Positions 9,402-17,154 of a DNA stretch of 32,000 bases are shown in pieces. The stretch is from assembly GCF_936981045.1 (NCBI RefSeq), contig NZ_OW441264.1, forward strand, positions 150,001-182,000, given 5' to 3'. How positions within the stretch are numbered: position 1 is the first letter of the stretch; every line of letters starts with the position of its first letter. Position numbers and translations under genes: made by a program. This DNA comes from Candidatus Saccharimonadota bacterium (GTDB taxonomy: Bacteria > Bacteroidota > Bacteroidia > Cytophagales > Amoebophilaceae). The notes beneath the pieces are model-generated. The model did not search any database. It had not been told where the DNA came from and was given only the letters and a program-made list of their open reading frames with translations.

Positions 9402-9616
9402 AAGGTAAATGAGTGAACCATTCCAAAGTGGATGTTTGTTCAGGTAATAGAAGACTATTGCCTTTGATACTTCTTTAGGATTTTTCTTGCATGTTTTTTT
9501 GCAGTTCTGCTAGTTCTTGCTTCATTAGATCTGCTAGCTTAACCGGTTCTGTCGCGTCTATATTTTCGTTAGCAACGTCTTTTCTTTTAAGTGAAGCTTT
9601 GGATATATATTGGTTA

Positions 9617-9722
9617 TTATTCGGCCATTAGCATAACAAAATTCTCAAAAGTAGAAAGATGATTTTTAGCTCCGATTACTTGTCCTTTTTGAATCATAGG
9701 AATGTTTTCTATCTCTACAATG
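9617..9722 (-). pseudogene. IS6-family transposase, 3' exon (C-terminal 35 codons)
   Basis: Translates as (S)IVEIENIPMIQKGQVIGAKNHLSTFENFVMLMAE*, which matches the conserved IS6 C-terminal I-x-G-I-E...KGQ block. Confidence 0.75.
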
Positions 9723-11674
9723 GTCTAGAGTAAAGAAATGGTTGGACCACTTAAAATTAAGCATATCTATTGCTTCTGATTGCTCGCAATACAGTAGCTG
9801 ACTAACTTGATTCTTCATTGTTTACCCATTCCCTTCTCATCCCAAGGTACGTTCAGTTTTCCCGAATACGGCGGTCCGACAGTCTTCTTCATAAACTTTG
9901 CACAACTCTCTCAGGATACTTAATCATTCCACTACCAATGTACAACATCCCCATTGTATAGAGTTTGCTATTGGGATAGCTTTGCCACCCACACCCACGG
10001 CCTTTTCTTCTATGGGTTAAGTATCTGCGAAATCGGTTATTAATAAAGTCCTGCAATCTAACAAAAGCTTCACTCGCATTCGTATGTTTAAAATAGTTAA
10101 CCCATCCTAACACTACTGGTTTTATTTGCTCGATGAATGTTTGAGGTTTGATTAGTGCTCTTCTACAAGTCAGGTATTTTAGTCTGTTACGGATGCTTTG
10201 TTGGGATTGTTTCGTTGGAAATACATAAATGCTATTTCTGCCACTTGTTGGACTCTTTCTTTTTACAAAGTAAAAACCTATGAAGTTAAAGCCTTCTTTC
10301 AGTTTCGTTATTCGTGTCTTTTGGTGGTTAATAATGAGCGATAACCTCTTTACTAATTCTGTGAATTTCTCCAGCGCTAAGCTAGCACTCTTACGACATA
10401 CCAAAATTGCATCATCACAATACCTATGCAAGGTTGCGCTTAGCTTTTCTGGATACCCCCTTGAGTGCCACACTTGGTCTATAACATTTAGGTAGATTAC
10501 TATACAACGGTGATATTGGTGATCCTTGCGGTACTCCAACTTTCTTGCATGTAATTTTACCTTGTTTTACTATTGACGTTGTTAGGGTTTGTTTAATTAG
10601 CTTCAACATACTGCCATCTGCTATCCTTTTACTAATAAGTTTTAATAACTTTTCGTGTGAGATGCTAGTAAAGTATGATTGAAAATCAATCTCAACTACG
10701 CCCCATGCCTGCTGGTATAGATCTTCTCGGATCACTAAACTCGCTTGTTTGGCTCCTCGTTTCGGTCTATAGCCGTATGAACATTCATGAAAATCAGCTT
10801 CGAAGATCGGTTCAATGACTATTTTCATTGCTGTGAGCACTATGAGATCTTCTACGGTCATTACCTCTAGTGGCCTTGTTCCACCTTTAGCTTTGGGTAT
10901 TTCTACCAACCTGCTTGAGGTAAATTTGTATAGCTTTGCGCGTAGTTGCTGCTGCAATTTATTGATAATCTTTGCCTCACCTTGATCTATTATATCACTT
11001 ATGCTTTTACCATCAATCCCTGCTGAACCTTGATTTGCTTTGACTTGACGCCAAGCTTCCCAAAGTACATCTTTTAGATAAATTTTATCATATATACTAT
11101 AAAATCTGACTTCCTTACATTGCTTGGATTTGAGATATAGAGTTCTTTGGAGTTGCTGAACTTTTAATGTTCCGTTCATAGCTTTAGGGCAATCAGACAT
11201 TCTCAACTCTTTTAAACTCGTTAACTGAAGTAGGGTCCCTTTCCTCTTGAGTGGTTTCCCAATCAATACGAACGGTATTATAGACCCCGCGGACTTCTGA
11301 TATCACCCTTATTGATTTCGCTTTACTTATACAATAAAGTTTCCAGTGGCCTACTGGATTCATATCAGATCTCCCGGACTACGATGTGAAACATTCATAG
11401 CGTGCAACCCCTAACACCCCGGCACTTGTATGATGGTCATGGTCTATTTTTTCCATCCTACTATCAGCCTTCCTGTAGCCACTAGATAGTCGGCAAATGC
11501 GCTTAAACGGCTTAACGAGGCTAATTTAGGTTCACTTTTGTTGCAGCCCGCTATTTTGCAGATGCATTTAAAGGTAACTTAAACCTGTGAATCACCCCAC
11601 AAATCCAACCTCCTGCTAGACTCCCGAAATAGACAAATTAGAGTCAGGGGACTTACACCCCATTTGTTGCACAC
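9723..11674 (-). mobile_element. bacterial group II intron (1952 nt) with frameshifted RT/maturase ORF
   Basis: On the minus strand it begins GUGUGCAAC (GUGYG consensus) at 11674 and ends ...CUCUAGAC (AY) at 9723. It encodes a reverse transcriptase/maturase. A domain V-like hairpin lies at 9842-9874. Removal at these boundaries joins the IS6 transposase frame without a stop. Confidence 0.8.
9889..11200 (-). pseudogene. group II intron-encoded reverse transcriptase/maturase, frameshifted
   Basis: Two overlapping ORFs (10424-11266 and 9889-10539). RT motifs include GSAGIDG, PKAKGGTRPL, GVPQGSPISPLYSN and RYCDDAILVC (YxDD), and the maturase X motif is LGWVNYFKHTNA. No endonuclease domain. A 2-bp deletion near 10496, relative to the second copy (..ggtagatattac.. 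at 19397), breaks the frame. Confidence 0.85.
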
Positions 11675-12089
11675 CTGTGCCGGCGTGCAATGGCTGCAGA
11701 CTTAAAACACTTAAAACTAAGCAAAAGCTGCAGACTTGTCTCTATGCTCAGATAGAAAAAAGTCAACTGTATCACCATAACGATCTACTGTTCTATATAA
11801 ATAGATCCACTTCCTGTTTAGTTTAACATAGGTCTCATCCATTCTCCAACTACCACCAACTGGTCGTTTTCTTTTGCTTACTGCTTCATCTATTAAGAGG
11901 AACAAACTTAATAACCCATCTTTGTAGCGTAGAATGATCAACTCTTGTGCCTCTCATACGCATCATCTCTTCCAAATCTCTATAGCTCAAGGAAAAACGA
12001 TACTTCATCTAGACAAATAACAGGATGACTTCTGCTGAAGAACAATAGCCCTTAAAATAAGGTAATAATTTGGGCGAAATACTAAACAT
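11675..12089 (-). pseudogene. IS6-family transposase, 5' exon; in-frame TAG, frameshift and ~200-bp internal deletion
   Basis: From ATG 12089: MFSISPKLLPYFKGYCSSAEVILLFV*MKCRFSLSYRDLEEMMRMRGARVDHSTLQRWVIKFVPL, then a frame change to IDEAVSKRKRPVGGSWRMDETYVKLN.KWIYLYR.VDRYGDTVDFFLS, as in IS26-like Tnp. About 200 bp present in copy 2 (about 19832-20031) are missing after 11723. Confidence 0.8.
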
Positions 12090-12241
12090 AATAACTACTT
12101 TTTTAACTGCAGATACTAAAATAATGATTTTTTAGAATAAACGCGACAAAACCAATATACATCCAAAACTTCACTTAAAAGAAAAGCCTTTACTAACGAA
12201 AATATAGACGCGACAGAACCTATGGCGTATTACTGGATTAA

Positions 12242-12389
12242 AAGGCCGCTATTTTGCATACTTTTTAAGCGACAATCATGGCGCATGGTACGCTTTACCA
12301 TTGCCAGCAGCCGTTAAGGCCGCTATTTTGCATACTTTTTAAGCGACAATCATGGCGCATGGTACGCTTTACCATTGCCAGCAGCCGTT
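12242..12389. repeat. perfect tandem duplication, 2 x 74 bp
   Basis: 12242-12315 is identical to 12316-12389. The unit holds the last ~12 codons plus the stop of the ABC ATPase gene and 34 bp downstream of it. Confidence 0.95.
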
Positions 12390-13045
12390 TTAGCTGACTG
12401 CAATATACCATCTTCTAGTAATAAAATTCTATCTGCAATGGTTGCCAACGATTGGTTATGGGTTACCAAGACGAAAGTTTGCTTTAACCGCTTTGAGAGA
12501 TCTAAGAATAGCGCATGCAGCATTTCTGCATTTTTGGCATCAAGATTGCCACTTGGTTCATCCGCGAAAATAATCGATGGGCTATTGATCAATGCCCTAG
12601 CTATAGCTGCACGTTGCCGTTCTCCTCCAGAAACCGCCTCTGGCAGATGATTTTTTCGATGGCTAATGCCCAGTAAAGCTAACAGGTCAGCAGCCCTTTG
12701 TGCTACTTCTTTTTTTGATAAAAAACCAATATAACCAGGAATACAAATGTTTTCAAAAAGTGTAAATTCGGGTAACAGGTTATGAAATTGAAAGACAAAC
12801 CCTATTTTTTTATTTCTAAATGTGGCCAATCCACTACCTTTTAGCTCTATAAGATCTATCCCATCCATCGTTAGGGAACCACTATCTGGCCTATCTAATG
12901 TAGATAAAAGATGTAACAAAGTGGTTTTTCCAGCCCCGGAGGGCCCCATAATGGCTACCATTTCTCCAGCATGGATGGATAAATGGATCTGTTTCAGGAT
13001 CTTATATCCATGATAAGATTTACAAACTTCTTTGGCTACAAGCAT
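12350..13045 (-). CDS. ABC transporter ATP-binding protein (LolD/FtsE-like)
   Basis: 231-aa ORF with Walker A GPSGAGKTT, the ABC signature LSGGERQR and Walker B IIFADEPSGNLD. Confidence 0.88.
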   Translation of the reverse strand: MLVAKEVCKSYHGYKILKQIHLSIHAGEMVAIMGPSGAGKTTLLHLLSTLDRPDSGSLTMDGIDLIELKGSGLATFRNKKIGFVFQFHNLLPEFTLFENICIPGYIGFLSKKEVAQRAADLLALLGISHRKNHLPEAVSGGERQRAAIARALINSPSIIFADEPSGNLDAKNAEMLHALFLDLSKRLKQTFVLVTHNQSLATIADRILLLEDGILQSAKTAAGNGKAYHAP

Positions 13046-13097
13046 ATATGCATAAAATTTTGTATCTTTACTGGCGAATATACAAAATTTTGGTTGC

Positions 13098-13171
13098 GCG
13101 CTCGTAGTTCAATCGGATAGAACGTCGGATTTCGGCTCCGAAGGTTGAGGGTTCGAGTCCTTCCGAGCGCA
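13098..13171 (+). tRNA. tRNA-Arg (anticodon TCG)
   Basis: Hand-folded 74-nt cloverleaf: acceptor GCGCTCG/CGAGCGC, D stem GTTC/GAAC, anticodon stem TCGGA/TCCGA with loop TTTCGGC, T arm GAGGG-TTCGAGT-CCTTC. No encoded CCA. Confidence 0.85.
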
Positions 13172-13321
13172 CGGTTTGCCTCTATCCATTTAGCCTTCTG
13201 GCAACACAAAACAAGAAAAAATGCCCATGTGTAAAAGGTTGCGATTAGAAAAGGTAACCCTAAAGTTGATCGGCCGATCAGCCTGTTTGAAGTCTGCACG
13301 GTGGGCAAGTTCTATTTTTCC

Positions 13322-13403
13322 AGCTTTAAGGGTAACTTTTTGGCAACTTTTTGCACAGGGCTTGATTTTTTGGGCTACTTCTTGATCAAGAAAAAAGTAG
13401 GCC
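13322..13403 (+). repeat. short dispersed repeat family 2, copy A, with hairpin
   Basis: The core AGCTTTAAGGGTAACTTTTTGGCAACTTTTTGCACAGGGCTTGATTTT is followed by GGGCTACTTCTTGATCAAGAAAAAAGTAGGCC, which contains the 14-bp palindrome TTCTTGATCAAGAA (13379-13392). Homologous to 23987-24068 and, inverted, to 26686-26772. Lies about 40 bp downstream of the stop of the minus-strand gene at 13445. Confidence 0.7.
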
Positions 13404-13444
13404 ATCACTTTCTTTGGTCAAGCAAGCAATAAGATACAAACTGC

Positions 13445-13903
13445 TTATCTTAAGCGATCTTCATTGACCAACTGTTCATCTTTTTTAATATGATACCGTG
13501 CCAATAGATTGGCTACTAAGGCAATGAAAGGAAGCATAATGCCTATTTTATAGCTACCATATCCACTCAGAAGATAGGCTATATGGGCCTTTTTAATAAG
13601 CACTAAAATCAAGATGAGCAATATAACCAATATTCGATTCATGCCAGCGGTTAAACGAAGCTGTAACTTTCTATTATCATGCCGTATGATGGCATACGTT
13701 GCGGTTACAATAAGGCAACAGGCTAATAAAGCGGACAGGCCATAAGGGAATATAATATGTTGCCCTGTAGAAGCAATAAGTGCATAGGGCCTGATGGTAC
13801 AAACACCATCCAAATCTACTTTTACCCAAACTGCGACCCTAAGAAAGGCGACCATAATAATAGATACTGTGCCCAAATAGAGGGATTGAATTCTTTGAAT
13901 CAT
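13445..13903 (-). CDS. small integral membrane protein (possibly DUF4293-like)
   Basis: About four predicted TM helices. An N-terminus MIQRIQSLYLG is obtained when starting at ATG 13903 (the ORF opens at 13957). The family assignment is from memory only. Confidence 0.55.
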   Translation of the reverse strand: MIQRIQSLYLGTVSIIMVAFLRVAVWVKVDLDGVCTIRPYALIASTGQHIIFPYGLSALLACCLIVTATYAIIRHDNRKLQLRLTAGMNRILVILLILILVLIKKAHIAYLLSGYGSYKIGIMLPFIALVANLLARYHIKKDEQLVNEDRLR

Positions 13904-14141
13904 GCGCAATACTATAAGAAACAAAAAATACAAAAACGAAGTAAAGTTATAAAGCACAGCATGACCAATAGGCCAGGTCCCAAAAGATGCGTTGGATCAC
14001 CTCTATTATCTTCCTACCTTAGGTATAGCTTAAGGGATTAAGCCATATCAAAAACTGTATGCGTATATACAGCCTATTTGTTTACTAAGCTACTTTGTAG
14101 CTGTTAGAGGAACTGTTTTTCTATCTAATCCCAGATACAAG

Positions 14142-14215
14142 CGGTCTGGACGGGACTCGAACCCGCGATCTCCTACGTGACAGGCAGGCATTCTAACCAA
14201 CTGAACTACCAGACC
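14142..14215 (-). tRNA. tRNA-Asp (anticodon GTC)
   Basis: The reverse complement folds as a 74-nt cloverleaf: acceptor GGTCTGG/CCAGACC, anticodon stem CCTGC/GTAGG with loop CTGTCAC, T arm GCGGG-TTCGAGT-CCCGT. Confidence 0.88.
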
Positions 14216-14449
14216 TTAAAACTTGCACGAAGTGCTACAGTCTAATGCAAATGTAATGCATAAATTGCTATTTATCAAAAATAATAGTCGTTTTATTGGG
14301 CGAAATAATTGCAAGTTCAAACTGTCTCATGTAAATTCATGGCATGATAATGAACTTGTTATCCATAGAATGGAAGGGATTTGATTGGTCTAATTAAAAA
14401 CCACCCATCCATATCAACCGTTGTATAATCTTATAAATTAGTATACGTT

Positions 14450-14737
14450 ATGACTAAAGCAGAAGTAATTTTAGCAATCTCTCGTAAAACGGGACTTGAA
14501 AAAGAAGATGTCAAAAATACGTTAGATGCGTTATTCCATGTTATTCAAGATGCAGTAACAAATAACAATCGCGTTCATTTTAGTGGATTTGGTAGTTTTT
14601 CTAAAAAAAAACGAGCAAAAAAAATTGGACGTAACATTAGTACCAATACAGCTATTGTTGTAGAGGAGCACTATATCCCATTTTTTAAGCATTCTAAGTT
14701 TTTTGCAGCAAAAGTTAAAGCTGTTGATTCTGTATAG
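14450..14737 (+). CDS. hup: HU-family DNA-binding protein
   Basis: 95-aa ORF. MTKAEVILAISRKTGLEKEDVKNTLDALF ... FSGFGSFSKKKRAKKIGRNISTNTAIVVEEHYIPFFK is the typical HU/IHF fold signature. Confidence 0.88.
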   Translation: MTKAEVILAISRKTGLEKEDVKNTLDALFHVIQDAVTNNNRVHFSGFGSFSKKKRAKKIGRNISTNTAIVVEEHYIPFFKHSKFFAAKVKAVDSV

Positions 14738-14991
14738 CCTTTAAAGCTAGGTATATGACTGATCTCTATTATGGTAACTAACCGTTGTATGGTTTGTTTT
14801 TTGAGGATGACAAAATAATGTATGCATAAATAGATGACAGAAGTAGCCTACCAAAATAGATGCGTTGCTATAAAAGCTTTTATTGTGCTGAGTATGCCTT
14901 CAAGTACCAGCACCAGCTTACACCTTTAACGTTTACCAAGTTTTTTAAAGAAAGGTGAAAAAAAAGCTAATGGCTTATATGTCATTTTTTG

Positions 14992-15031
14992 CTTGATTAG
15001 ACTTTTTAATCAAGTAAAAAGTCTAATCAAG
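14992..15031 (-). terminator. perfect 17-bp-stem hairpin, candidate terminator downstream of pth
   Basis: CTTGATTAGACTTTTTA (14992-15008), loop ATCAAG, then TAAAAAGTCTAATCAAG (15015-15031). It lies 74 bp beyond the pth stop. On the minus strand the loop reads CTTGAT, like the hairpin at 24027-24068. Confidence 0.5.
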
Positions 15032-15104
15032 ACAATCTTTGTATGCGCTAGGTGCTTGACTTGAATGGATAGGTGGCTGGCACTTCCACTAGTGGTATGT
15101 TTGT

Positions 15105-15662
15105 TTAGTTAAACTGGTTCATAGCATGCACAATGCCTCCATTGCACCAAGCCATCGATATTTGGCACGCCCTATTTAAGTGACCATCTATCTCTTGTAA
15201 TTCTTTTGTATTAAAATTGCCTAATACAAAATCTGACAGTCCTCCTTTAGGAAAATCGTTCCCGATACCCACTCGAAGACGCGGGTAATGGTCTGAGGTT
15301 AAAGCATCGGCAATGCTTTTTAGGCCATTGTGACCTGCATCAGAGCCTTTGGAACGTAGGCGCATTGTACCGAAAGGCAGTGTGATATCATCTACAATAG
15401 TTAAACTTTGTTCGATTGGTAGGTTTAAATGATGCAACCAATACCTAACGGACTTGCCACTATCATTCATATAGGTTGTAGGCTTAATCATATAGATTTG
15501 ATGATAGTTGTAATTGAAAGAGGCAGTAGCAGCCAGTCTACCTACTCGAAATGAACCTTTTTGTTGAGCAACTAGATAATCCACTACTAAAAAACCTACA
15601 TTATGCCTAGTATGAACATATTCTGCACCAATATTGCCTAATCCAACCAGTAACAACTTCAT
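15105..15662 (-). CDS. pth: peptidyl-tRNA hydrolase
   Basis: MKLLLVGLGNIGAEYVHTRHNVGF ... GHNGLKS motifs. The ORF opens at 15710, but ATG 15662 gives the canonical 185-aa protein. Confidence 0.9.
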   Translation of the reverse strand: MKLLLVGLGNIGAEYVHTRHNVGFLVVDYLVAQQKGSFRVGRLAATASFNYNYHQIYMIKPTTYMNDSGKSVRYWLHHLNLPIEQSLTIVDDITLPFGTMRLRSKGSDAGHNGLKSIADALTSDHYPRLRVGIGNDFPKGGLSDFVLGNFNTKELQEIDGHLNRACQISMAWCNGGIVHAMNQFN

Positions 15663-15721
15663 AATATATTTTGCCCCTTTAGCCAATGGTAATATTCTGA
15701 ATACATGCAAAAAGCAATTTA

Positions 15722-16309
15722 CTATTGCTTGCCTTTTTTCTCCTCTTTACTGGCGGCACTACGTAATGCCCTTGGAATTTCAATAGAGGCCACTGGCGTA
15801 TTAGGCGATGCTAAAATGATATAGTTTTCTATTGGAATTTGGAATACACGTACAATTTGTCCTAAATCCAGATCAGAAACGTCGATATGGACCATCGATG
15901 GCATATCTTTAGGATATGCAGCAATCGTTAGTTTTCTTTGTTTTTTAGAGAGCACACCCCCCTTGGTCACACCTATGGCTTTACCAACAAATGCAGTAGG
16001 AATCTGCATTTTAATTTTTTTATGATCAAAAATTTGCAAAAAATCCACGTGCAACATCATTTCACTTACAGGGTGGAACTGCATTTCCTGTAGAATACAT
16101 CTATAAATAGCTCCTTCCATATTTAGATCTACAAAATGGGCATAAGGTGTGTAAACCAAATCACGTAAAAAAACCATAGGCATATGGAAATGTACTTGTT
16201 CTGTGCCGCCATACAATACACCTGGAACGTGTGCAGCTGTTCTTAGCTTTTTAGACTCAGCTTTACCGAGATTTGCTCTTTTATACCCTAAAATCTCTAT
16301 TACTTTCAT
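15722..16309 (-). CDS. rplY: 50S ribosomal protein L25 / general stress protein Ctc
   Basis: 195-aa ORF. The N-terminus RANLGKAESKKLRTAAHVPGVLYGG and the two-domain Ctc-type length with a Lys-rich tail support the call. Confidence 0.88.
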   Translation of the reverse strand: MKVIEILGYKRANLGKAESKKLRTAAHVPGVLYGGTEQVHFHMPMVFLRDLVYTPYAHFVDLNMEGAIYRCILQEMQFHPVSEMMLHVDFLQIFDHKKIKMQIPTAFVGKAIGVTKGGVLSKKQRKLTIAAYPKDMPSMVHIDVSDLDLGQIVRVFQIPIENYIILASPNTPVASIEIPRALRSAASKEEKKGKQ

Positions 16310-16533
16310 ATCTGTTGTTTGTGATCAATGTAAAAATTAAAATTTTTCTGATTAGTATATACCCAGGATTTGGTATACGATTACCATAGTGTAACTAAGT
16401 ATAAGGAGCATCAAATTTAACAAAAAAGAACCGAGATAAAAAGATACCTTTAAATTGTTAAGGCTATCATAACGTTGCAAAGGAACCAGTTTAAAATGAA
16501 AGCGTTACCAAATTTTCAATGCACTACTTTAAA

Positions 16534-16774
16534 ACGTGAGTTCTGGATTTATTTGACTGATTTACAACAATTTAATATCAATTATTTAGTTAATATTTGC
16601 ACCTATTTAACAAGTTTTTATATCTAATTTTATAAATATAATATATATAATAAACTGATTACCAGAATTATTTGTTATTCAACTGCCTATTTAACTGTCT
16701 AATAAAACAAATTTTATAAATTTTCATTGATATTGATTATCAAGTGAAAAAATAATCTAATCCCGAACTCACGT
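16534..16774 (-). mobile_element. 241-bp MITE, copy 2 (orientation B)
   Basis: By manual alignment it matches the reverse complement of copy 1 except at 3 positions. One TIR carries the G-to-T variant ACGTGAGTTCTGGATT, shared with copy 4. Flanks are TTAAA / TTACA (4 of 5 identical). Confidence 0.9.
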
Positions 16775-16977
16775 TTACAGTCAGAAATGGATGACCATTT
16801 AGGTTATAAATAAGTATGCACGTAGTGATTCAGAGAATGTACGTAATGGATTATCCAGTAAGCAAGTTATTACTGATAATGGCGTTATATCGGTTGAAGT
16901 ACCCAGAGATAGAGCATCGACTTTTGAACCTATTTTATTGCCTAATCGTCAAACAAGAATTTCTGGTTTGGATGATA
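16775..16977 (+). pseudogene. fragment of a second, divergent IS256-family transposase gene
   Basis: Translates, with one frameshift, as LQSEMDDHLGYK / YARSDSENVRNGLSSKQVITDNGVISVEVPRDRASTFEPILLPNRQTRISGLDD. This parallels GEMAHHL...NRRNGKSSKTLRTSSGSFDLLIPRDRTGSFDPQIVKKRQT of the intact copy at 17229. Bounded on both sides by MITE termini. Confidence 0.75.
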
Positions 16978-16995
16978 ACGTGAGTTCGGGATTAG
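16978..16995 (+). repeat. solo MITE terminus (18 bp)
   Basis: ACGTGAGTTCGGGATTAG equals the first 18 bp of the orientation-A MITE. The sequence then diverges completely. Confidence 0.7.
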
Positions 16996-17154
16996 CTTGT
17001 TAAAAAATAGCTTTAAAAAGCTTCTTTGTGTTTTAAATTTGGAGATAAAAAAATACTAACCAGATTATCCAAAGGAGCCAGTTATGAATGTAGAAATAAT
17101 TAGTTGAAATATATTATGCTGTTGATGAATTTCTCATAAAGTTTATGCCGTATA

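Larger units (their letters stand above)
9545..12220 (-). mobile_element. IS6-family insertion sequence (copy 1) carrying a group II intron; defective
   Basis: The outer ends are GGTTCTGTCGCGTCTAT (9545-) and its complement ending at 12220, resembling the GG(C/T)(A/T)CTGTTGCAAA termini of IS26/IS257 as I recall them. A 67-bp inverted block occupies 9545-9611 and 12154-12220. An inner IR-like GGTTTTGTCGCGTTTAT ends at 12153. The transposase reading frame is split by the intron at 9723-11674. Confidence 0.8.

Noticed and set aside
9402-9544. Mini-ORF on the minus strand (MKQELAELQKNMQEKS) between ruvX and the IS6 end.
   Set aside because: Only 16 codons. It is probably a remnant of whatever gene the IS insertion destroyed, and it cannot be assigned.
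11890-11945. The frameshift in the IS6 transposase could be a programmed ribosomal frameshift, as in IS1/IS3.
   Set aside because: IS6-family transposases are normally single ORFs, no slippery heptamer is evident, and the same genes also carry an in-frame TAG and large deletions. Decay is the simpler explanation.
13036-13408. ORFs 13036-13308(-) and 13190-13408(-).
   Set aside because: The first overlaps the well-folded tRNA-Arg on the opposite strand. The second coincides with the family 2 repeat, and homologous repeat copies do not keep the frame open.
14124-14132. TCTAATCCC next to the 3' end of tRNA-Asp, matching 9 nt of the MITE terminus.
   Set aside because: It is too short to distinguish from chance, and the match breaks before the diagnostic GAACTCACGT.
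14416-14790. 11-bp direct repeat AACCGTTGTAT flanking the HU gene (14416-14426 and 14780-14790), partly resembling the IS5-family IR core ACCGTTGT.
   Set aside because: An 11-mer recurring within a few hundred bp is expected by chance a few times in an AT-biased 32-kb window. The repeats are direct rather than inverted, and there is no other sign of mobility.
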